A stretch of 64,000 bases of DNA from Mobula hypostoma (lineage: Eukaryota). Shown piece after piece: positions 1-10,930 of this stretch; positions within the stretch are counted from its first letter, which is position 1, and every line of letters begins with the position of its first letter. Below the pieces are notes generated by a model that worked only from the letters and a program-made list of their open reading frames with translations, was not told the DNA's origin and did no database searches. The stretch covers positions 128,776,001-128,840,000 of the forward strand of contig NC_086097.1 of assembly GCF_963921235.1 (NCBI RefSeq), written 5' to 3'. The position numbers and the translations under genes are program-made.

Positions 1-339
1 GTTAGACCCACTCACAAAGAAGCAGCTGACTAACTGATGTGCCATCAACTTGATACCTCTGAATCTTTTCCAGCTCACATGGTAGCTCTTCCAACTCCTG
101 AGTAGAGACCAACGTCCCACTTTAGAGAATTAAGCATAAAACTCCAGGCCCAAACCTGAATGTAATACTATGGGACTAGTCAACAACCACTGCTGTGTTT
201 GCAGAAATGATATTAATGTTATGCTCTCAGCTGGACCAACAAGATGACAGAAACTATTTCAAAGGGAGAGAGCTCTCTCAGTCAGTAGTAATAAAACAGG
301 TAATCAGGTTATCGAGCAGTAATAAAACAGGTTATCATT

Positions 340-560
340 TGAAAATGAAGATCCTGGAAATCCAAAATAAAAACAGAAAGTGGTGAAAACATTCATCATG
401 TCAGGCAGTGTCTGGGGAAGGAGAAACCGTTAATGCCACAGAATGATAACTCTTTATCAGGACTGGGCTCTTTGATGTGAAATGTTATCTGTGTTTCTCT
501 TTCGAAAGATGTTGCTGAATGTTTATATACTGAATCTTTCCAGATTCATTGCAGCTTCTT
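340..560. mobile_element. Degraded fold-back repeat derived from a Penelope-like terminal repeat
   Basis: Resembles the 9288-9497 and 21222-21385 elements (ctggaaatc...tcaggcagtgtctg...atcaggactg...ttccagattc). Confidence 0.45.
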
Positions 561-584
561 ATTTTATTTCTCATGAGGGTGAGG

Positions 585-655
585 ACTGTCACGTTTCCTA
601 CATTATGACAGTGACTACACTTCCAAGTGCTTCATTGATTGTAAGATGCTTTGGT
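585..655 (+). mobile_element. DeuSINE/AmnSINE-like core fragment
   Basis: gtttcctacattatgacagtgactacacttccaagtgcttcattgattgtaa resembles the Deu domain as I recall it. Related minus-strand pieces lie at ~8840-8965, ~13500-13620 and ~35320-35410. Confidence 0.55.
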
Positions 656-936
656 AATTAGATGTACAGTAAAAAGCTTTTGATTGCATGATCATCCAGA
701 TAGATTAAACTATATATAAGTACAAAGAGCAGTACAAAAGGAAAACAAAATAGAATGCAGAATATTATGCTACAGTTACTGAGAACGTACAGTGCAAGTT
801 GACAAATAACGATTTTGATGAGGTACCCTGAGAGATCAAGAGTTCATCCTTGTTGTATAAATTGTCCTTTCTAAAGTGTAATCACAGTAGGTTAGAAGAT
901 TTCCTGAGACTGGTGATACATGCTTATGTATCATGG

Positions 937-3729
937 TTATGTGTCAATGCAAGGAGCATTCGTAATAAGGTGGATGAATTGAAAGTGCAGATTGTTATTA
1001 ATGATTATGATATAGTTGGGATCACAGAGACATGGCTCCAGGGTGACCAGGGATGGGAGCTCAACGTTCAGGGATATTCAATATTCAGGAGGGATAGACA
1101 CGAAGGAAGGGGAGGTGGGGTGGCGTTGCTGGTTAAAAAAGAGATTAACGCAATAGAAAGGAAGGACATAAGCCGGGAAGATGTGGAATCGATATGGGTA
1201 GAGCTGCGTAACACTAAGGGGCAGAAGACGCTGGTGGGAGTTGTGTACAGGCCACCTAACAGTAGTAGTGAGGTCGGAGATGGTATTAAACAGGAAATTA
1301 GAAATGTGTGCAATAAAGGAACAGCAGTTATAATGGGTGACTTCAATCTACATGTAGACTGGGTGAACCAAATTGGTAAAGGTGCTGAGGAAGAGGATTT
1401 CTTGGAATGTATGCGGGATGGTTTTTTGAACCAACATGTCGAGGAACCGACTAGAGAGCAGGCTATTCTGGACTGGGTTTTGAGCAATGAGGAAGGGTTA
1501 ATTAGCGATCTTGTCGTGAGAGGCCCTTTGGGTAAGAGTGACCATAATATGGTGGAATTCTTCATTAACATGGAGAGTGACGTAGTTAATTCAGAAACAA
1601 AGGTTCTGAACTTAAAGAGGGGTAACTTTGAAGGTATGAGACATGAATTAGCTAAGATAGACTGGCAAATGACACTTCAAGGATTGACGGTGGATATGCA
1701 ATGGCAGGCATTTAAAGGTTGCATGGATGAACTACAACAATTGTTCATCCCAGTTTGGCAAAAGAATAAATCAAGGAAGGTAGTGCACCCGTGGCTGACA
1801 AGAGAAATTAGGGATAGTATCAATTCCAAAGAAGTAGCATACAAATTAGCCAGAGAAAGTGGCTCACCTGAGGACTGGGAGAAATTCAGAGTTCAGCAGA
1901 GGAGGACAAAGGGCTTAATTAGGAAGGGGAAAAAAGATTATGAGAGAAAACTGGCAGAGAACATAAAAACGGACTGTAAAAGCTTTTATAGATATGTAAA
2001 AAGGAAAAGACTGATAAAGACAAATGTAGGTCCCCTGCAAACAGAAACAGGTGAATTGATTATGGGGAGCAAGGACATGGTAGACCAATTGAATAATTAC
2101 TTTGGTTCTGTCTTCACTAAGGAGGACATAAATAATCTTCCAGAAATAGTAAGGGACAGAGGGTCCAGTGAGATGGAGGAACTGAGCGAAATACATGTTA
2201 GTAGGGAAGTGGTGTTAGGTAAATTGAAGGGATTGAAGGCAGATAAATCCCCAGGGCCAGATGGTCTGCATCCCAGAGTGCTTAAGGAAGTGGCCCAAGA
2301 AATAGTGGATGCATTAGTGATAATTTTTCAAAACTCGTTAGATTCTGGACTAGTTCCTGAGGATTGGAGGGTGGCTAATGTAACCCCACTTTTTAAAAAA
2401 GGAGGGAGAGAGAAACCGGGGAATTATAGGCCGGTTAGCCTAACGTCGGTGGTGGGGAAACTGCTGGAGTCAGTTATCAAGGATGTGATAACAGCACATT
2501 TGGAAAGCGGTGAAATGATCGGACAAAGTCAGCATGGATTTGTGAAAGGAAAATCATGTCTGACGAATCTCATAGAATTTTTTGAGGATGTAACTAGTAG
2601 AGTGGATAGGGGAGAACCAGTGGATGTGGTATATTTGGATTTTCAAAAGGCTTTTGACAAGGTCCCACATAGGAGATTAGTGTGCAAACTTAAAGCACAC
2701 GGTATTGGGGGTAAGGTATTGGTGTGGGTGGAGAATTGGTTAGCAGACAGGAAGCAAAGAGTGGGAATAAACGGGACCTTTTCAGAATGGCAGGCGGTGA
2801 CTAGTGGGGTACCGCAAGGCTCAGTGCTGGGACCCCAGTTGTTTACAATATATATTAATGACTTGGATGAGGGAATTAAATGCAGCATCTCCAAGTTTGC
2901 GGATGACACGAAGCTGGGTGGCAGTGTTAGCAGTGAGGAGGATGCTAAGAGGATGCAGGGTGACTTGGATAGGTTGGGTGAGTGGGCAAACTCATGGCAG
3001 ATGCAATTTAATGTGGATAAATGTGAAGTTATCCACTTTGGTGGCAAAAATAGGAAAACAGATTATTATCTGAATGGTGGCCGATTAGGAAAAGGGGAGG
3101 TGCAACGAGACCTGGGTGTCATTATACACCAGTCATTGAAAGTGGGCATGCAGGTACAGCAGGCGGTGAAAAAGGCGAATGGTATGCTGGCATTTATAGC
3201 GAGAGGATTCGAGTACAGGAGCAGGGAGGTACTACTGCAGTTGTACAAGGCCTTGGTGAGACCACACCTGGAGTATTGTGTGCAGTTTTGGTCCCCTAAT
3301 CTGAGGAAAGACATCTTTGCCATAGAGGGAGTACAAAGAAGGTTCACCAGATTGATTCCTGGGATGGCAGGTCTTTCATATGAAGAAAGACTGGATGAAC
3401 TGGGCTTGTACTCGTTGGAATTTAGAAGATTGAGGGGGGATCTGATTGAAACGTATAAGATCCTAAAGGGATTGGACAGGCTAGATGCAGGAAGATTGTT
3501 CCCGATGTTGGGGAGGTCTAGAACGAGGGGTCACAGTTTGAGGATAGAGGGGAAGCCTTTTAGGACCGAGGTTAGGAAAAACTTCTTCACACAGAGAGTG
3601 GTGAATCTGTGGAATTCTCTGCCACAGCAAACTGTTGAGGCCAGTTCATTAGCTATGTTTAAAAGGAAGTTAGATATGGCCCTTGTGGCTACAGGGGTCA
3701 GGGGGTATGGAGGGAAGGCTGGGTTCTGA
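937..3729 (+). CDS. CR1-clade LINE ORF2 (apurinic-like endonuclease + reverse transcriptase), uninterrupted frame but lacking its native start
   Basis: APE motifs NARS, ITETWL, GGGVAL, VYRPP, GDFN, SDH. RT motifs YRPVSL, QHGF, YLDFQKAFD, GVPQGSVLGP, FADD, DLGV. CR1-type C-terminus (RTRGH, FFTQRVVNLWNSLP). The ORF-track start at 850 is a TTG lying in an older flanking repeat. Confidence 0.95.
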   Translation, partial: LCVNARSIRNKVDELKVQIVINDYDIVGITETWLQGDQGWELNVQGYSIFRRDRHEGRGGGVALLVKKEINAIERKDISREDVESIWVELRNTKGQKTLVGVVYRPPNSSSEVGDGIKQEIRNVCNKGTAVIMGDFNLHVDWVNQIGKGAEEEDFLECMRDGFLNQHVEEPTREQAILDWVLSNEEGLISDLVVRGPLGKSDHNMVEFFINMESDVVNSETKVLNLKRGNFEGMRHELAKIDWQMTLQGLTVDMQWQAFKGCMDELQQLFIPVWQKNKSRKVVHPWLTREIRDSINSKEVAYKLARESGSPEDWEKFRVQQRRTKGLIRKGKKDYERKLAENIKTDCKSFYRYVKRKRLIKTNVGPLQTETGELIMGSKDMVDQLNNYFGSVFTKEDINNLPEIVRDRGSSEMEELSEIHVSREVVLGKLKGLKADKSPGPDGLHPRVLKEVAQEIVDALVIIFQNSLDSGLVPEDWRVANVTPLFKKGGREKPGNYRPVSLTSVVGKLLESVIKDVITAHLESGEMIGQSQHGFVKGKSCLTNLIEFFEDVTSRVDRGEPVDVVYLDFQKAFDKVPHRRLVCKLKAHGIGGKVLVWVENWLADRKQRVGINGTFSEWQAVTSGVPQGSVLGPQLFTIYINDLDEGIKCSISKFADDTKLGGSVSSEEDAKRMQGDLDRLGEWANSWQMQFNVDKCEVIHFGGKNRKTDYYLNGGRLGKGEVQRDLGVIIHQSLKVGMQVQQAVKKANGMLAFIARGFEYRSREVLLQLYKALVRPHLEYCVQFWSPNLRKDIFAIEGVQRRFTRLIPGMAGLSYEERLDELGLYSLEFRRLRGDLIETYKILKGLDRLDAGRLFPMLGRSRTRGHSLRIEGKPFRTEVRKNFFTQRVVNLWNSLPQQTVEASSLAMFKRKLDMALVATGVRGYGGKAGF

Positions 3730-3828
3730 GTTGGATGATCAGCCATGATCATAATAAATGGCGGTGCAGGCTCGAAGGGCCGAATGGCCTACTCCTGCAC
3801 CTATTTTCTATGTTTCTATGTTTCTATG
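937..3828 (+). mobile_element. Young 5'-truncated CR1 LINE
   Basis: ORF2 plus short 3' UTR ending in (TTTCTATG)3 at 3805-3828. Confidence 0.95.
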
Positions 3829-3969
3829 CTCTCTTTTGACTAATGGAAGGGGGAAGAAGAGAGAATGACCAGAATCAAGGACCCATACTATTATGATGGG
3901 TGCTTTCTCAAGGTAACTAGACATGTAGATAGAGTCAATAGAGGGGAGGCCATTGGAATGTCCTGAAGC

Positions 3970-4570
3970 CATAGAAACATAGAAACATAGAAAATAGGTG
4001 CAGGAGTAGGCCATTCGGCCCTTCGAGCCTGCACCGCCATTTATTATGATCATGGCTGATCATCCAACTCAGAACCCAGCCTTCCCTCCATACCCCCTGA
4101 CCCCTGTAGCCACAAGGGCCATATCTAACTTCCTTTTAAACATAGCTAATGAACTGGCCTCAACAGTTTGCTGTGGCAGAGAATTCCACAGATTCACCAC
4201 TCTCTGTGTGAAGAAGTTTTTCCTAACCTCGGTCCTAAAAGGCTTCCCCTCTATCCTCAAACTGTGACCCCTCGTTCTAGACCTCTCCAACATCGGGAAC
4301 AATCTTCCCGCATCTAGCCTGTCCAATCCCTTTAGGATCTTATACGTTTCAATCAGATCCCCCCTCAATCTTCTAAATTCCAACGAGTACAAGCCCAGTT
4401 CACCCAGTCTTTCTTCATATGAAAGACCTGCCATCCCAGGAATCAATCTGGTGAACCTTCTTTGTACTCCCTCTACGGCAAAGATGTCTTTCCTCAGATT
4501 AGGGGACCAAAACTGCACACAATACTCCAGGTGTGGTCTCACCAAGGCCTTGTACAACTGCAGTAGTACC
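3970..4570 (-). mobile_element. Second young CR1 copy (3' 600 bp), inverted relative to the first
   Basis: Reverse complement of 3228-3828 with about 4 mismatches; (CATAGAAA)3 tail at 3970-3993. Confidence 0.95.
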
Positions 4571-6653
4571 GTGACCAAGAGATAGCTTTTTGGCTGACTT
4601 GAACAATGGCAATAGTTCAAATCAGGCCTTTTATTACTACAGCAAACACATGGGACCAAGCATCTCACAAGACCCAATCTAGTAATTCACACCACTGGTA
4701 AAATGGATTCAAAGTACTGGTGAATGACATCTTGAATCCAAACCTGTCTGCATATGAGCTGCAAATTTAATATAGAACAAGGTTCTGGACGTTCAGCGTT
4801 GCACTTGCCTGGATCAAATGTGCTTATTTTTTATTGGTGTTGAGAGGTGGAGGAAAATGCAAGGAAGGAGAAGGACTGTCCTCCCTTCATATGCAATGAA
4901 GAAATTTTAAATCCAACCAGTTGTCCAGGAATCTTTGAGAATGGTGGATTACTGTTTTCATACACTGGCCAATGTCATTCTTCTGTGTCAATGTTGAGAG
5001 CATGTTTACCCTCTGAGGTAATATAGAAAAGGATACAGATTCAGAACACGAAGAGGTGAGGAGGACTGGGAATCTTTGAACTTCTCTACCTCAACACTTT
5101 GGTGCCTGGGTGATTGAGGAGACATGATTAATAGACAGTTTTTTGGTCTAGAGGATTACGAGGAACAGGGATCATCAAATCTATCATATTCTTAATGAAC
5201 AACAGAACAACTTGGAGGGGTAGAATGACACAGTTCTTTTCCTGTATCCTTTTTATGATTGAAATGGATTGTAAAAGGAGTCTTCTGGCAGAGAGAGGAG
5301 ATTCATAGGCTCTTGATTGGTAAGGGAGTTAAGGGTTACAGGGAGGAGGTAGGAGAATGAGGTTGAAAAGACGAAAACAAAACAAACATGATTGAATGGC
5401 AAAGCAGACTTAGTGAGCGAATGACCTTAATCCTGCTCCTATACCCGATGGTCTTATTAAAATTTGCTCCTATCATTTCAACTTCCATGCCTCTGTGGGA
5501 CCATTGATACTGAAATGCCCTAGCTGAAACCAATAGCTGATCCTGTGGTAACAGCACTGGACAAAGCTCAAACAAAGCCCAGGCACAGAGAAACAAGGTA
5601 TAAATCTCGTTCTATTTTACCAGCCCATCTGATGTTAAACTCGGTGGCACCCTCCCCCACCCAGCTCTCTCACTGCCATTTTCCATATCCGAGCTCACTG
5701 AACTACTTTCACAAGTCAGTCTAATTCATTCACTCTGCCAATTGGAAGGGTACGAAGGCAAAATGTGGCGTCTGTCAGACAGAAGGTGTACTGATGTGTT
5801 TTAATAGCTCTTTCTTAGCACCCACTGCAATGTGATAATAGTTCTGGAGCCGTGCCTGATGTCCTTGTACATTTCTGACTGAGTACAGCAGCGTCAACCC
5901 CCAATACATTCTGATCTGGGTCTGAAACTGCTCTTTCAAGCCCATTATTTTTCTCTCTTTGCCACGGCTGCGAGAAAGATCTCAGCTTCCTGATGGAGAG
6001 ACAGTCCATCAACACCCTCCACCATATCCACCTGCACCTCTCTCTCGCAGGCACCCTGGCAGAGTCACTCCACACCAATCTGTCATCACACGGACATTTC
6101 AGCACAGGAGCACTGCTTCCTGACACTTCTTGCTAAGCTGCGGCGGCTCTTGCAATCACTTCTCCATCTTTTCCACAGTGGCACAGCTGCGCTCTCAGTA
6201 TCCAACATCCTCAGAAGATATGGAAGATAACCTCCCACGCATTTCCCCAAGAAATATGTTTGTTCCAAATGTTTGGAGGAACATCTTCTATCTCATGCAG
6301 TTTCGAATCACCACAATCAAAACTTAAAATCAATTTGCCTCCTCCCCAAATTGATCAGCCTCTCAGTGCCAATACAAGTGTTTGCAATGTTGCTGAGTGA
6401 ATCTATTGAATTTTCTGATGTTCTGCCACCCTTTATTGCTGCTGTACCTCATCCAGAATCTCTGTGGCATTGACAAGGCCAATATAGACCATGCAATCTG
6501 TGTTATTTTGACATCTCGGCTGCAAAACAGAGTCGCTGTTATCGTCCTCGATGGGAAGAGCCATGCAAGGTGTTTGCTCATTCATTTTACATCTGAGTCT
6601 CTACGTATCGCAACAAAAAGAATTCACATTTCCACACAGAAGTTGCTTTTAGA

Positions 6654-7255
6654 CCATAAGACATAGGAGCAGAATTTGTCCATTCAGCCCATCGAGTCTT
6701 ATTCACCATTTCATTATGGCTGATCCATTTTCCCTCTCAATCCCATTCTCCTCCCTTCTCTCCAGAGCCTTGCATGCCCTGACTAATCAAGAACCTTTCA
6801 ACCTCTGTCTTAAATACACCCAATGGCCTGGCTTTCACAGCCCCCTGTGGTAAAGAATTCCACAGATTCGTCACCCACTGACTAAAGAAACGACTCCTCA
6901 TCTCAATTTTAAATGGTCATCTCTCTATTCTGAGGCTGTGTGTATTATATAATCCTTAACTAATAAAAGATACAGTAGCTGCCTCAACCACTTCCTCTGG
7001 TAGCTCATTGCATACACTGATCACCCTCTAAATGAAAAATTTGCCATTCAGGTTCCAATTTAAACTTTCCACTCTCACCTTACACTTATGTTCTCTAGTT
7101 TGACTCCCATAATCTGGGGAAAAGTCTATGTACAGTCACCTTTTAAGTGCCCTTCCTGATATCATACACTTCTATAAGATCATCCTTCAGTCTCCAATGC
7201 TTCAATTAATAAAGTTCATCCTCTCTCTATAATTCAGTCCCTCAAGTCCTAGCAA
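6654..7255 (-). mobile_element. Two decayed CR1 3' fragments
   Basis: cataagacatagg tail at ~6656, then gaattccacagattc and other similarity to the 3' end of the young CR1. Confidence 0.75.
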
Positions 7256-7259
7256 CATA

Positions 7260-7752
7260 ATCAGAATCCAAATATCAGAATCAAAATTAGTTTTATTATC
7301 ACTGGCATTTGATGTGAAATTTGTTAACTTAGCAGCAGCAGTTCAATGCAATACATAGCAGAGAGAGAGAAAAAAGTAATAATAAATAAAATAAAACAAT
7401 AAATAAACAAGTAAATCAATTACATATATTGAATAGATTATTAAAAAATGTGCAAAAATAGAAATACTGTATATTAAAAAAGTGAGGTCGTGTCCAAAGC
7501 TTCAAAGTCCATTTAGGAATCGGATGGCAGAGGGGAAGAAGCTGCCGTCGTGCCACCATCTTCTCCTCCTCCTTTGATGTCCCTCTGATACAGCATCTTG
7601 GCTTTGAGATAATTGATTTTATTCACCAGAGACTTCACGTTCACCAGCAAGATCGTCGGTACAGGGAGTTTAAAACCCCGTTTCCTTAAACGCACTTGCA
7701 ATCCTGATCTCCGCCCAAGCTTTCTGCGAGGTTTTCTCCACGGTCCCTCCAC
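7260..7752 (-). mobile_element. Internally deleted Rex1/Babar-like LINE (N-terminal ORF piece joined to the 3' end)
   Basis: Minus-strand peptide GRRSGLQVRLRKRGFKLPVPTILLVNVKSLVNKI resembles the start of a Rex1-type APE. It is followed within ~40 bp by the C-terminal SFFPSAIRFLNG-coding segment, an AT-rich 3' UTR and an attctg-type tail. Confidence 0.6.
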
Positions 7753-8094
7753 ATAAACCTGTGTTCAACTGGACTGTGCAATTAGTGCTGATGGCCGAAA
7801 GCACAGCTTGCATGGGAACATCAGATGTAACTCCACTGAGTCTGCAACGTGACCAAGAACAGGAGAAGTTCCAAAGAATGACCACCTTGCTTGAGGCTGA
7901 AGAAGGAGATAAGCACACGCCCAGACTGCCCACTCTGTTCCTTGCACTTACTCCACTATTTAATAAAGTCAAGGCTGATCCTGTTGTTGTCTCAGCTCTG
8001 CTGAGTTTTCAGCTCATGTAGTTATGACTAGAGGAACCAGTATTCCAAAAGTCCTCTGAAAAGCAACATGCCCTGCTTTACCAGACAGAGTCTA

Positions 8095-8690
8095 AAAGAA
8101 ACAAACAGAAAATGTTGGAAGAATGAAGCAGGGAAAGCAGCACTCAAGGAGATGAAGAAACTGTTGATGTTTCACGCTCCAGCCCCTCATCATAAGTGGA
8201 AAGAAAGGGGGAAGAAGACAAATTAAGAAGGTGGAGGAGGCGAAGGAGTACAAGCTCACTAGTGATAGATGAAACCAGGAGAGGGGGAATGTAGGTGGAT
8301 GGGTGAGGGGAAATGAACTAAGAAGCTGGGAGGTGATAGATGGAAAAAGTAAAGGGCTGACAAAGAAGCAATCTGATGAGGGAGAAGAGTGGACCACGGG
8401 GCAAAAGGAAGGTGGAGGGGCACAAGAGGAACCAAAATGGTGAATGGAAAAAGAGAGAAGGGGAAGGGGGAGAAATTACCAGAAGTTGGAGAAATTGATG
8501 TTCAGCCATTAGGTTGGAGGCTACCTGAGGTGTTGTTCCTCCAACCTGAGAGTGGCCTTATTGTGGTAGGAGAGGAGGTCATGGACTGACATTTTGGAAT
8601 AGGAATGGGAAGTAGAATTAAAATGGATCATCATCAGGAAAGCTTGGCTTTTCTGATAGATGGAGTAAAGCTGCTCGACAAATCAGGGTC
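8095..8690 (-). mobile_element. Penelope-like element remnant (terminal repeat + end of GIY-YIG region)
   Basis: Colinear with 30577-31110 (purine-rich tract, then ggttggaggctacc...tcctccaacctgagagtggcct). Confidence 0.7.
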
Positions 8691-9287
8691 CAAAACAAAG
8701 TAGGCAGTGGGGGGTGGGGGGTCACACTGGTGCTGAAATCTGGCTGATGTATGTCAAACACCTCAGCGTTACTGCCCTTTGCTGCAGCCAAGACTTCACA
8801 GAATCTTTCTGTTCATGGACAGGATCTTTCTTTGAGTAGAAAGCAAGACTTATATAATGCCTTTTACAGCTCTTCCGGAACATTCCAAAACCATTAAGTC
8901 ATTTAATATATATAGGGAATTGCATAGCCAATTTGCCTGTAGCAGGTATCACAAAGCAGAATGGAGACCCTGTTCAAGGTAGGATAAGTATTGGCTAGGA
9001 CTCCGGGGCCATATTCTGGAATAGTGTACAGGACCTTTTACAAAATCTGACAAAGTAACAGGGTCTTGGTTTAAAATCCTTTACAAAAAACCCTGTGGTA
9101 GTGAATCATTCTCACCTGTCCTACAGCGAATTGTTAGGCTAGCTTTTGGTGCCCAATTTCTGGAGGAAATGGTACATTGAGATACAGTGAAGAACTTCTG
9201 TTTACATGCCACCCAGACAGATTATTCCATACATGAGGTAGCACAAAAGGAAAAAAAATATTCAAAATTCAGGATACATTCAATCAC

Positions 9288-9497
9288 AAACAAGAGAAAA
9301 TCTGCAGATGCTGGAAATCCAAGCAACACACAGAAAATGCTGGAGGAATTCGGCAGGCCAGGCAGCATCTATGGAAAAGAGTATAGTTGACGTTTCAGGC
9401 CGAGACCCTTCAGAAAGGCTATGGCCCATAACATCGACTGTACTCTTTTCCATAGATGCTGCCTGGCCTGCTGAGTTCCTCCAGCATTTTGTGTGTG
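9288..9497. mobile_element. Fold-back (palindromic) short element made of two inverted PLE terminal repeats
   Basis: Arms ~9327-9410 and ~9416-9497 are imperfect reverse complements (atgctggaggaa...gcaggccaggcagcatctatggaaaagagta / tactcttttccatagatgctgcctggcctgc...ttcctccagcat). Confidence 0.85.
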
Positions 9498-9690
9498 ATG
9501 CAGAACATATTGTTACAGTTACAGATACTGGGTGTAAAATGTTTTTCCAGCCTCTGAATGATTCCAGCTTTCCCTGCACGGCATTTCGCCTGCTCCTCTG
9601 CCATCTTACCTTGCCTCAAAGAGAGCATGGGAGGACCACCAGCTGATGACAGCTGGGAACCTAATTCATATCAGATAAGATCCTGATGAT

Positions 9691-10510
9691 GATCATGTAC
9701 TTTGGTAGAAGGAATAAAAGTGTGTACTATTTCCTAAATGGGAAAAAAAATTCAAAAGTCAGAGGTGCAAAGAGACTTCGGAATTCTTGTGCTAGATTCC
9801 ACAAAGGTTAACATGCAGGTTCATTTGGTGGTGAGGAAGGCAAATACATGTTAGCATTCATTTTGGGAGGATTAGAATATAAAATATAAACAAGGATGTA
9901 ATGCTGAGGCTTTGTAAGGAACTGGTGAGGCCTCACTTGGAGTATTATGAGTAGTTTTGGGCCCCTTAGCTCAGAAAGGATGTGCTAACACTGGAGAGAA
10001 TTCAAAGGAGGCACAGAAAAATGATTCTGAGAATGAAGGGCTTATCATATGAGGAGCGTTTTATGGCTCTGGGCCTCTACTCACTGGAAGTTAGAAGAAC
10101 AATGGGAGATCTTATTGAAACCTATCGAATATCGAAAGCTCTAGATAGAGTGGACATGGAGAGGATGTTTCCTACACTAGGGGAGCCCAGCACAAGAGGA
10201 CACGACTTCAAAATAGTTGGATATCAATTTAGAATGGAGAGAAAGAGGAATTTCTTTCGACAGAGAATGATGAATCTGTGGAACTTGTCGCCATTGGTGG
10301 CTGTGGAGGCCAGATCATTGGATGTATTTAGGGTGGAAGTTGCTAGATTCTTGATAAGTCAGTTGTTAGTTTATGGGGAGAAGGCAGCAGAATAGGGTTG
10401 CGAGAGAAATGGATCAGCCATGATCACATAGCACAGCAGTCTTGAATGACAAAATGGCCTGAATCTGCTCCCATGTCTTATGGTGATCATGATGGTCTTA
10501 TGGTCTTCTG
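9691..10510 (+). mobile_element. Decayed CR1 3' fragment
   Basis: ORF 9982-10395 (GLSYEER..ALGLYSLE.RR..GDLIETY...STRGH...NLWN) is homologous to the ORF2 C-terminus; tcttatgg-type tail. Confidence 0.9.
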
Positions 10511-10639
10511 ATGTCATTAATGTTACAAGGTTATTTTTACTGCAAGGGTTGAGTGTCACCTTCCCAAGGACCCCTCAGCAGGGAAGACCATCAAAAGTAC
10601 TTTGTCAGGAAGCACAGACATGCTCCCTTGAACACTCCA

Positions 10640-10930
10640 ATGAGTCCTTAAGGTCACTGCCCACGTATTTCCCCATCTCCAGCTCTGTCTTAAGCAATGC
10701 CACTTTCATTCACTCCACCATTAGTATGCAGTATGTCCTTCAGCTACAGAATCCCTAAGTTCTAGATCTCCCTCCCTAAACCTCTCTGCCATTTTTACCT
10801 CCTTTATAACACTCCTTAATGTTTACTTCTTTTGCCAAGTAATTAGTCACATTAAAAAGCCTCTTCATTTGAATCAGTGCCAGTTTTTTCCTGATAATGC
10901 TTCAGTGATCCATTTTGGAGTATGTGACTA
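10640..10930 (+). mobile_element. Old L2-like LINE 3' fragment
   Basis: ctccacca...ccttcagct...ctccctccctaaacctctc...cctcctttataacactccttaa pattern. A similar piece lies at ~59160-59370. Confidence 0.4.

Larger units (their letters stand above)
660..3969 (-). mobile_element. Old LINE 3' fragment (Rex1-like) split by the young CR1: pieces ~660-930 and 3829-3969
   Basis: The two pieces joined are colinear with the uninterrupted diverged copy at ~49270-49740 (tcatccagatagat...gaatgcagaa...acagttac...gagatca...gagagaatgacc...agtcaat.gagggg). Confidence 0.7.

Noticed and set aside
850..936. N-terminal 29 aa of the 959-aa ORF
   Set aside because: It starts at TTG and lies in an older opposite-strand repeat; it is not part of CR1 ORF2.
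1068..3752. Several antisense or alternative-frame ORFs (e.g. 1068-1571, 2643-3047, 3066-3347)
   Set aside because: Shadow frames of CR1 ORF2 with no independent motifs.
3228..4570. DNA transposon with long terminal inverted repeats
   Set aside because: The arms are LINE 3' ends with their tails pointing inward, and there is no transposase or flanking TSD.
4069..4677. 202-aa ORF as a chimeric host gene
   Set aside because: It is the inverted CR1 3' fragment read through into ~36 codons of flank from a TTG start.
9639..9662. CTGATGA-containing hairpin as another hammerhead
   Set aside because: No GAAA box or stem I/III in register; it is a 7-bp palindrome (ccagctg/cagctgg).
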